64,000 nt of DNA, taken from positions 448,001 through 512,000 of the forward strand of contig JBFWNU010000005.1 in NCBI GenBank assembly GCA_050250895.1. Direction: 5' to 3'. Below, piece by piece: positions 54,113 through 63,024 of this stretch. The notes below the pieces were generated by a model. That model saw nothing but the letters and a program-made list of their open reading frames with translations, was not told where the DNA came from and did not search any database. The first letter of the stretch is position 1. Each line of letters opens with the position of its first letter. The DNA is from Vulcanimicrobiota bacterium. Its GTDB lineage: Bacteria > Vulcanimicrobiota > Xenobia > Xenobiales > JADMJV01. The position numbers and the translations under genes were made by a program.

Positions 54113-55249
54113 ATGGCCTCAGACACACCGGCGACCCGACAGTTGCGAGCCGACGAGGAAAGCAGGACGCAAAGCGAAGAACGGATCCCCGAAGGCGGGC
54201 TAGCGGCCGTCCGCGCCGCCCGTGAAGCCGTCGAAGCCAAAGAGGCCGAACGGGCCAGAGCCATCGCTGAAGAGCGCATCCCCGAAGGGGGGCTTGCCGG
54301 GCTCAAAGCCGCTCAAGAAGACTACCTGGTAGAGGCGGTCAGCCTCACCAAAGCCTACCTGGGGACTGAGGCCCTGCGCGATGTAAATCTCAAGCTGAAA
54401 GCCGGCGAGATTTTTGGTCTGGTGGGTCCCAACGGGGCGGGCAAGACTACCCTGCTGCGCATTCTGGCCACCCTTACCCAGCCCGACAAAGGCAAGGCCA
54501 CCGTCTGCGGCTACGACCTGAGTGAACTAAAGCAGGTGCGCGCGCGTATCGGTTTCATGTCTGACGTGCTGGGTGTCTACGACGACATGCTGGTGGGGGA
54601 ATATCTCGACTTCTTTGCGCGAGCCAGCAATTTGCCCGATGCGACACGCGATTTTTCGGTCAGCGAGACCCTCGAGACGATCGGCCTTTCCCACGTGAAG
54701 GACCGTCCGGTCGATGGGCTCTCCCGCGGAATGAAGCAGAGATTGGCTCTTGGTCGAGCCATCCTGCACAAGCCCAAACTGCTGCTGCTGGACGAACCTG
54801 CCTCGGGTCTTGACCCCTTGGCTCGGCGCGAACTACGCAACACGTTGCGGGGTCTCCAGCGTCAGGGGGCTACCGTCTTGATTAGTTCGCACGTGTTGGA
54901 AGATCTGGCCGAGATGTGCGACCGGATCGGTGTAATGAGCAACGGCGTCCTGGTTTGTGTCGAAGAAACCCAACGTCTGATTCGGGGCCGCGGATCGCGC
55001 TTCATGCGCTTGCGGCCCCTCGAGCGTAGTGAGGAACTTTTTCAATATCTGCGCGGTTACAATGGGATTGACGGTGTCTGCTGGGATGGCGACCATGTCA
55101 TTTTCCAGATGGAAGAGGCGACCGACGCCGATATCGCCAAATTACTAAGAGAGATTGTCGGGCAGGATCTACCCCTGCTCGCCTTTGGAGAAGCAGAACC
55201 CAACCTCGAGTCGGCCTATCTCAACGTGACTCGAGCCGGGGAAAGATAG
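54113..55249 (+). CDS. ABC transporter ATP-binding protein (exporter type)
   Basis: GPNGAGKT, LSRGMKQR, LLDEP and SSH motifs; AGGAG RBS before ATG 54113. Confidence 0.93.
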   Translation: MASDTPATRQLRADEESRTQSEERIPEGGLAAVRAAREAVEAKEAERARAIAEERIPEGGLAGLKAAQEDYLVEAVSLTKAYLGTEALRDVNLKLKAGEIFGLVGPNGAGKTTLLRILATLTQPDKGKATVCGYDLSELKQVRARIGFMSDVLGVYDDMLVGEYLDFFARASNLPDATRDFSVSETLETIGLSHVKDRPVDGLSRGMKQRLALGRAILHKPKLLLLDEPASGLDPLARRELRNTLRGLQRQGATVLISSHVLEDLAEMCDRIGVMSNGVLVCVEETQRLIRGRGSRFMRLRPLERSEELFQYLRGYNGIDGVCWDGDHVIFQMEEATDADIAKLLREIVGQDLPLLAFGEAEPNLESAYLNVTRAGER

Positions 55250-55261
55250 GAGAGCAACAAC

Positions 55262-57370
55262 TTGAAAGGCATCTCGATGGGGAGCCCCCCCCGATGGTTG
55301 TCCGGCTGGGCGCAGGTTGCCAGGCTGGGACTGATTTTTACTTTACTGATACTGGGTCCGATGCTGCTGGGTTGGTGTGGTTGCACCATGTTCGCCGTGG
55401 CTTCGGCAGCCTGGCTGCTGGCCTGCGCGATGTTGGTGGGCACCACCGGCTTCGCCGCCCTGACCAGCGAGCGCGAAAAGAAGACTCTCGATAGTCTTCG
55501 TCTCACGCAGTTGACCTCGAGCCAGATTCTGCTGGCCAAGCTGCGTCCCGAGTTCTCGCTCTTAGGACGACTGGCAGCAGCGATGGCTCCGGCGGTGTTG
55601 GTGGCCGGCGCCCTGGGCGGTTACGGCTGGATGGCCGGCTTGATGGTGGTGCTGCTGGGTCTAACCACCGGCGTTTTCTCGTCGGTACTGGCGATCTGCA
55701 CCTCCAGCCTGTTCGATACGACCTCGCGGGCCGTAGTGGCCGGCTGGGTCGGCAAAGCCCTCTGGCTGCTGCTCACGCCCCTGGCCGATACGATTTTGGC
55801 GGCTGTTTTGGTTCTGCGCACTCCGCCGCCGATCTTCTCCTCCCTCAATCCTCTGGCAGCCCTCAAGGTTCTGCTGTTGCCCGAGGCCGTGTCTCAAGGC
55901 TATGGCGTGCTTCCCTTCATGGGCTTGCTGAGCATGTTGGGCGTGGCCGGGGCCATGTTCGTCTTCGCCGCCCGCCGTTTTGACAACGGGCTGGCTGCCA
56001 GTGGCGGCGTTTACGACCGCCATCAGCACCCGGTCTACCGCCAGGGCTGGGGTCCGGCCTGGGTCCGCAAAGCCCTGGGTAGCAACCCCTCGTTCTTGCG
56101 TGAGATGGCATTCCAGTTGCGCTCGGGTGCTGGCCGTTGGCCCGGTTACGCCGTCTTCCTGGTGCTCTTTCTGGCCCCGTTCCTCTACGCTCAGTCGTGG
56201 TCGGCGGCCGACGCCGTGCGCCGGGCTGAGGCACCGGTGCCGGTGGTCGAGACCATCGAGACCTCTTCGAACCCTGTCGCAATCACCGCTCCCGGTGACC
56301 CGGTAGCCCCCCGTCAGGTTCGCCTGCGCACCCGCTATGGCGAGACTCTGATTCTGCCGGGCCACACCAACAAGTGCTGCATGCGCGTCCACCTCAACCG
56401 GGTGGCCCACGTGCCGCTGCCGGCCAACACCCGTCGCGTCATCACCGAGATGGCCTACAGCTACGACTCTTCCCCCGCTCCCGAGCGGGTCGAGACCACC
56501 GAGCCTTTCCAAACCACCCCTATCGACTACAGCAACGACAACAGCTACGGTTACTACAGCTCTCAGGTCGAGCGCGCCAGCCATGTGCGGGACCGCTCCC
56601 TGTCACTGGGCCTGGCCGGCTCGGTGATGCTGCTGCTACTTTATCTGGCCATTCGTTGTTCGGGCTTCCTGGCCACGGCCGTCACCGGAGAGCGTGACCG
56701 CCGCAGTTGGGAAGATCTGGCCCTGACCGGCATCTCGGTCGACACCGTGCTGTCGGGCAAGGTGGCCGGAGCGCTTGCTCTACCGCTAACCCAAATGACC
56801 CTGTGCTTCCCGGCACTGCTGTTCTTCGTCTACACGGGCAACCTGACGGTGGCCGAGGTGCTGGGACTATTCGTGTTCGCTACCGCCCTGGCCGTCACCG
56901 CCGCCCTCACCGGACTGTTCGCGTCAGCCTCCTCGGCGAGTTCCCACGAGGCCCACGCTCGCTGTCTAGCGATGGTGGTCGGCGGCTTCGCGCTGCTGCC
57001 TGCTCTGATGGGCGCCGGTTCGGCTCTGATCTCCCTGGTGGCTTTCGGCTGCGCCTTCGTGGTGCTCAGCCAGAGAGGTCGCTTCACCGAGGCGGCTGCC
57101 TGGGTCGGCGTGGCTACCAGCCTGTTGGTCAACGCCCAGGCAGCTTCCCCTCTGACTTCCGCCCTGTCGTTCCTGCCGTCGCTCCTGGCTACCCGCGTCT
57201 CGTTCATTCAGTCGCTGGGTGCCGGTGTGACCGGCCTGTCCCTCATCAACTGGATGGCTGCCGTGCTCTTCCTGGTCTCGGTCTCTTACCTGTTGTGGAG
57301 CGCCAGCCTGCGCCGTCTCGGCGTCAACGACAACGAGCCAGGCGCCCTGCGCGCCGAACTGGCTCACTAG
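55262..57370 (+). CDS. ABC transporter permease with two ABC-2-type membrane modules
   Basis: Duplicated motif EREKKTLDSLRLT / ERDRRSWEDLALT and many TMs. Confidence 0.85.
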   Translation: MKGISMGSPPRWLSGWAQVARLGLIFTLLILGPMLLGWCGCTMFAVASAAWLLACAMLVGTTGFAALTSEREKKTLDSLRLTQLTSSQILLAKLRPEFSLLGRLAAAMAPAVLVAGALGGYGWMAGLMVVLLGLTTGVFSSVLAICTSSLFDTTSRAVVAGWVGKALWLLLTPLADTILAAVLVLRTPPPIFSSLNPLAALKVLLLPEAVSQGYGVLPFMGLLSMLGVAGAMFVFAARRFDNGLAASGGVYDRHQHPVYRQGWGPAWVRKALGSNPSFLREMAFQLRSGAGRWPGYAVFLVLFLAPFLYAQSWSAADAVRRAEAPVPVVETIETSSNPVAITAPGDPVAPRQVRLRTRYGETLILPGHTNKCCMRVHLNRVAHVPLPANTRRVITEMAYSYDSSPAPERVETTEPFQTTPIDYSNDNSYGYYSSQVERASHVRDRSLSLGLAGSVMLLLLYLAIRCSGFLATAVTGERDRRSWEDLALTGISVDTVLSGKVAGALALPLTQMTLCFPALLFFVYTGNLTVAEVLGLFVFATALAVTAALTGLFASASSASSHEAHARCLAMVVGGFALLPALMGAGSALISLVAFGCAFVVLSQRGRFTEAAAWVGVATSLLVNAQAASPLTSALSFLPSLLATRVSFIQSLGAGVTGLSLINWMAAVLFLVSVSYLLWSASLRRLGVNDNEPGALRAELAH

Positions 57371-57384
57371 CCTCTATCTGTTAG

Positions 57385-57419
57385 AAAGGCCCGCCTTACC
57401 AGGCGGGCCTTTTTTCTTT
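57385..57419 (+). terminator. intrinsic terminator after the ABC permease
   Basis: AAAGGCCCGCCT-TACC-AGGCGGGCCTTTTTT. Confidence 0.9.
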
Positions 57420-57440
57420 GGGAGGTTACCGTGGTGGTGA

Positions 57441-57892
57441 AAACCGCAAAGGCGCAGAGGCGCTAAGGGGAGGGTTGGACCAGGATAGTCGGTGCCTCTT
57501 CGAGGTTGAACACGGAGACCACCCAGGCCACGGAGGAGGTGGCCGTAACTGCCGCTATGGCGCCCGAGCGGGACGGGCAGTTTAGATGCGTGGATCAGCC
57601 ATTCTGCCCAGGAGCCTCCGTTCGAGGAGCTAAAGGCCTAAGCAGCCACAGGGGATGGATCAGCGCCCCGAATGCACGCCTGACAGGCCCTAAACCCATA
57701 AAAACGCCAGGACGCTCACCCCACGCCCCCCACAACCCTCTCCCTGCCCTCCTGGTCTCCGTGGTTCCTTTCTCGAGTTCCCACTGGCAGACGCCAGCAA
57801 CTGAGTTCGACAGTGCGCCGTGCCGCACCAGGTCGAGCGCCCACCCTCGAGCTGCACCGCACCCTTCGCGCCTCGGCGATCTCGGCGGTTTC
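57441..57892. repeat. nested imperfect inverted repeats (REP/MITE-like element)
   Basis: Pairs 57441-57447/57885-57891 (7/7), 57457-57469/57862-57874 (12/13) and 57511-57521/57753-57763 (11/11), in nested order. Confidence 0.65.
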
Positions 57893-57910
57893 AACGACAG
57901 CGAGCGAACG

Positions 57911-59299
57911 TCAACGGCGAAGGAAGGCCTGGCAACCTTTCACGATGGCAGCGGCGGCTGTCTCGGGGTAGCCGTCTTTGGTGAGCATCTCGCGCTCGAT
58001 GTCGGGGTTGGAGATGTAGTTGAGTTCAAGGAGCACGGCCGGCATGTCGGTCTGGCGGATGACGTGGAACGAGCGCCAGAGGTAGCGGCGGGCGGGCTCG
58101 CCCGTGGCCTCGCCGATGGGAGTGGCCAGGGACTGGGCCAGGCGGCGACTCTGGGGGTGATAGTAGTAGATGTCGGTGCCGTGGGCTCGCCGGGATTCGC
58201 CGATGTCGGGCTTGGCGTTGTGGTGAATACTCAGAAAGAGGTCGGCGTTGTGCTGGCGGGCCAGGCGCACCCGGCTGGCCAACTCTTCCGAGGCCGGCGC
58301 GTCGGGGGGAGCCACGTCGGTGTCGCGGTCGCGGGTCAGCACCACCTGGGCTCCGGCTGCTTCCAGGGCCCGGGCCGTAGCCAGGGCTACCCGCAAGTTA
58401 AGGTCTTTCTCGCGCAGTCCCCCGACCCCCACCGCCCCGTCGTCGATGCCTCCGTGGCCGGCGTCCACCACCACCGTCAGCCCGGTGAGCGAGCGAGGCA
58501 GGGCGGGCTTGACATGAAAGAGCAAAACATCGCCGTTCCATTCGGCATAGTAACCGCTGACCGGTCCGTCTGCCAGCGAGACATCGATCGTCAGGCCCTC
58601 GGCGTCGGGCAGAAGGCTGACCTCCTGGATGCGCGAGCCGGCAGCGGGAAGGGCGACCTCTCCCATGGTCATGCCGGTTCCGGCCAGGCGCAAGCGCAGG
58701 CGGTCGCCGTCTTCGTCGACTTGAAGCGGCGGCCGACCGGTCAGGGTGAGTCTGAGGGTGTTGTCGCGCACCGAGGCCGTCTTGAGGCAGGGTTGCTGAT
58801 AAACGGCTTGCTCGTCGAGGGTGACCGAGCCAACCTCGATCCATCCCCCGGCCGCCATTCGCAGCCATTCGCCGCGGCGGCCCGTGACCTGGGAGCGGAC
58901 TCCGGCCAGTAGAGGGTCGTAGCGATCAAAGGCTGGGTCGGGTCCGCTGCGAAACGTGGCCTCGTCGTGATGGACCTCGGCCACCGGAAAGGCATCGAGC
59001 ACGCGCACCTCGGTCAGATCGGCGCGGGCTCCGCCAGACTCGACTTCGACGCGCATCGGTCCGGCCTGGTCGGGAGCGCGAAAGCGGGCTCGGTGCTTTC
59101 GCTGCTGGGTCTGGTAAGGCACCAGCTGGGTTCCGGCTCTCACCTTCAGAGCTCTGGTCGGAGCCTCGAACTCGACCTCGACCATCTCTCCAGGGGTGGC
59201 CCAGACGGGACCGGGGGTGAGCAGTTTGGGCTCAAGCGGCGGGGACGGGTGGACGCAGCCGATGCCGAGTAGCAGAAGGAGCGGCCCGAGGCGTCTCAC
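57911..59299 (-). CDS. N-acetylmuramoyl-L-alanine amidase (Amidase_3), probable lipoprotein
   Basis: Lipobox-like LLGIGC; DAGHGG, EKDLNL, SIHHNA and PAVLLELNYISN motifs. Confidence 0.92.
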   Translation of the reverse strand: MRRLGPLLLLLGIGCVHPSPPLEPKLLTPGPVWATPGEMVEVEFEAPTRALKVRAGTQLVPYQTQQRKHRARFRAPDQAGPMRVEVESGGARADLTEVRVLDAFPVAEVHHDEATFRSGPDPAFDRYDPLLAGVRSQVTGRRGEWLRMAAGGWIEVGSVTLDEQAVYQQPCLKTASVRDNTLRLTLTGRPPLQVDEDGDRLRLRLAGTGMTMGEVALPAAGSRIQEVSLLPDAEGLTIDVSLADGPVSGYYAEWNGDVLLFHVKPALPRSLTGLTVVVDAGHGGIDDGAVGVGGLREKDLNLRVALATARALEAAGAQVVLTRDRDTDVAPPDAPASEELASRVRLARQHNADLFLSIHHNAKPDIGESRRAHGTDIYYYHPQSRRLAQSLATPIGEATGEPARRYLWRSFHVIRQTDMPAVLLELNYISNPDIEREMLTKDGYPETAAAAIVKGCQAFLRR

Positions 59300-60345
59300 T
59301 TCTTGTTGCCCTGGAAGGGCGACCGCGTGATCACCCGGTTGCGACCCTCTTGCTTGGCTTGATAGAGGGCTTCGTCGGCTCGGGCAATGGCCCCCGAGGC
59401 CTTTTCACCCGGGCCCAGGACCGTGACTCCCAGACTGGCCGTGACTTCCAGTTCTTGCTCGTTCACCAGAAAAGGTTCGTCACCCAGCATGGAGCGAACG
59501 CGTTCGGCGTGGGCCCGGCCCTGTTCGAGGTCGCAGCCGGGCAGCACCAGTAAGAACTCTTCGCCGCCGTAGCGCCCGAAGCCGTCGTAGTTGCGAATGG
59601 CCCGCCGCACGCGGTCGGCCATCTGTTGCAGGACGATGTCGCCCACCGGGTGCCCATAGTTGTCGTTGACCTTCTTGAAGTGGTCGAGGTCCAGCAGCGA
59701 CACCGCTACCGGAGTTTCGTCACGCCGGGCCCGCGCCGCTTCGCGCTCGAGAATGTCGGTGATGGCCCCACGATTCCAGGCTCGGGTGAGCGGGTCGACC
59801 ATGGACTTGAGCTGGAGCCGGTCCATCTCTTCGAGCAGGTCGCGCTGAACCTGGCTGGCCTTGACCGCCATCAGTTCGTCTTCGGCGATGGCAGCGAAGT
59901 CTTTGAGGGCCATTCGCTGAGGCAAATCCAGGCGCCGGGGGTGGCGGTCCATGATGCACAGCGAGCCCACCGGGGTGCCATCCGGCGTGTGCAGCGGATA
60001 GCCGGCATAGAAGCGGGCGCGGGGCTCTTCAGTTACCAGCGGGTTGTCGGCAAAACGCTCGTCCTGGCGGGTGTCGTGAATCAGCAGCAGGCGTTCTTCC
60101 AGGATGGTATAGCTGCAGAACGAGGTCGACCGGGGCGTCTCGGGCACGTCCAATCCCTGGGACGACTTGAACCATTGACGCTCGCGGTCGATCAAGGTGA
60201 TGAGGGCGATGGGCACTTCGAAGAACTCACGCACCAGGCGAGTGATTCGTTCGAACCGCTCCTCGGCGGGAGTGTCCAGGAGCCTGAGGTCATAGAGGTT
60301 TCTCAGGCGCTGTTCTTCGTTCGGATGCAAGGGTGCTTGTTGCAT
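59296..60345 (-). CDS. GAF-sensor diguanylate cyclase
   Basis: GAF motifs (LLDTPAEERFERIT, RFYAGYPL), DPLT, DLDHFKKVND, RxxD I-site RNYD and GGEEF. Confidence 0.95.
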   Translation of the reverse strand: MQQAPLHPNEEQRLRNLYDLRLLDTPAEERFERITRLVREFFEVPIALITLIDRERQWFKSSQGLDVPETPRSTSFCSYTILEERLLLIHDTRQDERFADNPLVTEEPRARFYAGYPLHTPDGTPVGSLCIMDRHPRRLDLPQRMALKDFAAIAEDELMAVKASQVQRDLLEEMDRLQLKSMVDPLTRAWNRGAITDILEREAARARRDETPVAVSLLDLDHFKKVNDNYGHPVGDIVLQQMADRVRRAIRNYDGFGRYGGEEFLLVLPGCDLEQGRAHAERVRSMLGDEPFLVNEQELEVTASLGVTVLGPGEKASGAIARADEALYQAKQEGRNRVITRSPFQGNKK

Positions 60346-60391
60346 GACCTACCCTTCGTAGGATTCGGATTTTCTCCCGTTGACCCAGGGC

Positions 60392-60420
60392 TGGACACCC
60401 TCGCTACCCCATGCTATAAT
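60392..60420 (+). promoter_or_regulatory. sigma70 promoter of the tRNA operon
   Basis: TGGACA-17 bp-TATAAT with extended -10 TG and a GC-rich discriminator. Confidence 0.8.
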
Positions 60421-60432
60421 GCAGCCCGGCAG

Positions 60433-60504
60433 GCGGAAGTAGCTCAGCGGTAGAGCATCGGCTTCCCAAGCCGAGGGTCGCGAGTTCGAACCTCGTCTTC
60501 CGCT
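60433..60504 (+). tRNA. tRNA-Gly(CCC)
   Basis: Acceptor GCGGAAG/CTTCCGC, anticodon arm TCGGC-TTCCCAA-GCCGA, T-loop GTTCGAA; CCA not encoded. Confidence 0.95.
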
Positions 60505-60516
60505 CTTGAAGCATCT

Positions 60517-60590
60517 GGCGATGTGGCCGAGTGGCTAGGCAAAGGTCTGCAAAACCTTCTACAGCAGTTCGATTCTGCTCGTCGCCTCCA
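60517..60590 (+). tRNA. tRNA-Cys(GCA)
   Basis: Acceptor GGCGATG/CGTCGCC, anticodon arm AAGGT-CTGCAAA-ACCTT, ends TCCA. Confidence 0.95.
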
Positions 60591-60599
60591 AAAGAGTTC

Positions 60600-60676
60600 G
60601 GGCGCATAGCTCAGTTGGCTAGAGCACTACGTTGACATCGTAGGGGTCAGCGGTTCAAGTCCGTTTGCGCCCACCA
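60600..60676 (+). tRNA. tRNA-Val(GAC)
   Basis: Acceptor GGGCGCA/TGCGCCC, anticodon arm CTACG-TTGACAT-CGTAG, ends ACCA. Confidence 0.95.
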
Positions 60677-60678
60677 CC

Positions 60679-60709
60679 GAGGACCCGCACACCTGTGCGG
60701 GTCCTCTTC
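60679..60709 (+). terminator. hairpin after the tRNA operon (probable terminator)
   Basis: GAGGACCCGCAC-ACCT-GTGCGGGTCCTC; only a weak U-tract. Confidence 0.6.
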
Positions 60710-60815
60710 ATGTATTGAGCTGGGCTCGCTCTCTCGAGCGCTAAAGGAGCAACCGGCTTGAGTTCGAACTTTTCGTCATGGGGAAGCGGGGTCGAGCGCC
60801 TTTTGGCCGCAGGTT

Positions 60816-61046
60816 TTGTTTGCGCATCCGAGTTCTTCCGTTGCTCTCGCTCTGGGCGCGCCGGGTCTGGCTCAGACGGTGATGGTTGGGGAAGTTGAAT
60901 TACCGTATGCCTCCCTCGGGGGCCGGATGCTAGTGCTTCAGAGGGATCTGGCGCCCGCTCTGCCTGACCTGCAGCCCGGTGACGACACCTACGATTTGCT
61001 CGACATCGTGCGCCGCCATCCCGACCTGGTAAAGGTGAAGTTGTGA
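60816..61046 (+). CDS. small exported hypothetical protein (start uncertain)
   Basis: Signal-like ALALGAPGLA|Q; its stop overlaps the GTG of the next gene. Confidence 0.45.
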   Translation: MFAHPSSSVALALGAPGLAQTVMVGEVELPYASLGGRMLVLQRDLAPALPDLQPGDDTYDLLDIVRRHPDLVKVKL

Positions 61047-61777
61047 GCGCCCGGTTCCTTTTGTTGTTCTTCTTGCTCTCGAGCCTTGGCCTGGCCCAGG
61101 AGTGGACCACTGTCGAGTCTTTTTTGTGGCCTCGGGGAACAACGATTCAGATGCGGGGCCGAAACCTGACGATCCTTTGGCGCGACGGTAGGCCATTCGT
61201 CAGAACCACTGAAGTAGCCGACCCACTCAACCTGGAGAGCGACGAGGAATACGTCGACCTGACTCTGGCCCTGGCCCGGACTGGGCGCAAGATTCGCCTT
61301 TTGAACGGTGTGGTTGAGATTGATTCCGGCCTCACGAGCGCGCCGGCAGCGTCGAACGTCAGCTATCTAGGTCCTGTTCCGCCTCAAGACGACGAAGAAT
61401 TGGCGGGTCTTTTCGAGGTGATGGTCGAGCGTCTCGATGTCGACGACCAGGCGGTTCGAGCGGCGATCGTCATTCATAACGTGAGTGGCGCCACGGTGAG
61501 TGCCAAGGCGGTTACCTGTTACTTTGCCCAGGACGGAGTTGCCTTCTTGAGGCAGCAGATGGTTCTGCCCTCTCTCGCTCAGAACGAGAAGCGCGCCCTG
61601 GTGTTTTATGGTCTTCATCGCGGGCACCTGCCGGCGGGTGCGCAACCGCAGGTGGAGTTGAGATTCTCGAGTTACGCCGAGAAGGGCCCGGCTCCCAGCC
61701 GGGCTGAAAAGATGATGGGCAGCGACCGCGCCAAGAAGACCTATTCAACCAGAGCGAGGAGTTGGAAGAAGTTCTAG
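61043..61777 (+). CDS. secreted hypothetical protein
   Basis: Signal peptide RFLLLFFLLSSLGLA|Q; beta-rich C-terminal domain. Confidence 0.7.
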   Translation: MSARFLLLFFLLSSLGLAQEWTTVESFLWPRGTTIQMRGRNLTILWRDGRPFVRTTEVADPLNLESDEEYVDLTLALARTGRKIRLLNGVVEIDSGLTSAPAASNVSYLGPVPPQDDEELAGLFEVMVERLDVDDQAVRAAIVIHNVSGATVSAKAVTCYFAQDGVAFLRQQMVLPSLAQNEKRALVFYGLHRGHLPAGAQPQVELRFSSYAEKGPAPSRAEKMMGSDRAKKTYSTRARSWKKF

Positions 61778-61923
61778 CCGGTCCGCGCGGGTGAACCGGC
61801 CACGGCCGCGGTGGCACTTGTCGGTCTGCTGCTGTCAAGGCACCCACCGGGCTCACGTCACGACCAGCCGTCGGCCTCATTGCAGGAACACTCGGGTGAG
61901 GACGCAGAACAGCGCCTTTGCCG

Positions 61924-63024
61924 ATGAATACCTTCGAGATTCTATACCAGGCTTTCCGAGCCAGGTATTCCCTCAACCGGGTCCAGGAGATGCTCGACCA
62001 TGGTTGCACGCTGGCCCTGATCGCCCGCGACGACGAGGGGCTAGAGACTCTGGCCTCGTTTCTGGGCGAGCCTAACAAGGATATCGATGGGACCGACCCG
62101 CTGGACGACGTGGTCAGGTCCACCATCGACCAGTTGCCCCAAGAACCTGATCTGCTCAAGGAATGTGACGCCGCTATCGTCTACTACAGCGACCGGATTC
62201 CTGAGGAAGAAGAGCTGAGGGCTACGGCTGAACTCATTCCCATCCAGGTCCCCTGTCTGTGGCTGGTCGATAGCGAAGAGACCATTCCGATTCCCGAAGC
62301 CCTCTCGGTGCCGGCTTTGCGTTCGATTCCGCCCCGAGCGGGCGGCCCTCGGGTCTGTCGTCTGATCATCGGGACTTTTCCCGAGTTGGCTCTGGTCCTG
62401 GCCCGGCGCTTTTCGCGGGTGCGCAAGATCTACAGCCGTCGTCTGACCAATCAAACGGCAGCCCGCAACGCGGCCATCGCGGCCTGTTCCAGCCTGCCCG
62501 TGTCGACGGTGCCGGTCATCGGCATCGTGTTGAGCCTGCTGGCCACCACCGGCGAGACCCTGGTGCTGACCGCCAGCCAGTTGCGACTCTGCCTGTTGGT
62601 AGCCGTCATCCACGGTCGTCCGCTCGATTTTTTCGACCGGATCGGCGAGTTGTGGCCGGTGGTGGGCGGCGGCTTCGGGTGGCGCACCGCCGCCCGAGAG
62701 CTAGCCGGGCTGGTTCCGGCGGTGGGGTGGCTGGCCAAAGCCAGCATCGCCTACTCGGGTACCTGGGCGGTGGGGGAGGGCAGTCGCCTGTTTTACGAGG
62801 CCGGCAGCCCCGCCGACCATGAAATCCAACGCGAGCTCGCTCGCCGCAGCCGCAATCAGGCCGCCGTCGAGGCCCGCGATTTTCTGGCCAATCTCGGCGA
62901 CCGCCTCGAGAAAGATCTGATTGGACCCGAAGAATTAGAAGAGCTGACCCGGCTTGAGGACGACGAGCCCGAAGATGCCGAGGCTCCCGTTCGTGGTGAT
63001 TCCGAGGAGGATGAAAAGGCCTGA
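61924..63024 (+). CDS. DUF697-like helical membrane-associated protein
   Basis: LTASQLRL, GGGFGWRTAAREL and PAVGWLAKASIAYSGTWAVG motifs; preceded by a degenerate G-domain-like region. Confidence 0.7.
   Translation: MNTFEILYQAFRARYSLNRVQEMLDHGCTLALIARDDEGLETLASFLGEPNKDIDGTDPLDDVVRSTIDQLPQEPDLLKECDAAIVYYSDRIPEEEELRATAELIPIQVPCLWLVDSEETIPIPEALSVPALRSIPPRAGGPRVCRLIIGTFPELALVLARRFSRVRKIYSRRLTNQTAARNAAIAACSSLPVSTVPVIGIVLSLLATTGETLVLTASQLRLCLLVAVIHGRPLDFFDRIGELWPVVGGGFGWRTAARELAGLVPAVGWLAKASIAYSGTWAVGEGSRLFYEAGSPADHEIQRELARRSRNQAAVEARDFLANLGDRLEKDLIGPEELEELTRLEDDEPEDAEAPVRGDSEEDEKA

Noticed and set aside
60433-61777. tRNA cluster as an integration site for a genomic island
   Set aside because: No integrase, no duplicated tRNA 3' end and no evident compositional shift downstream.
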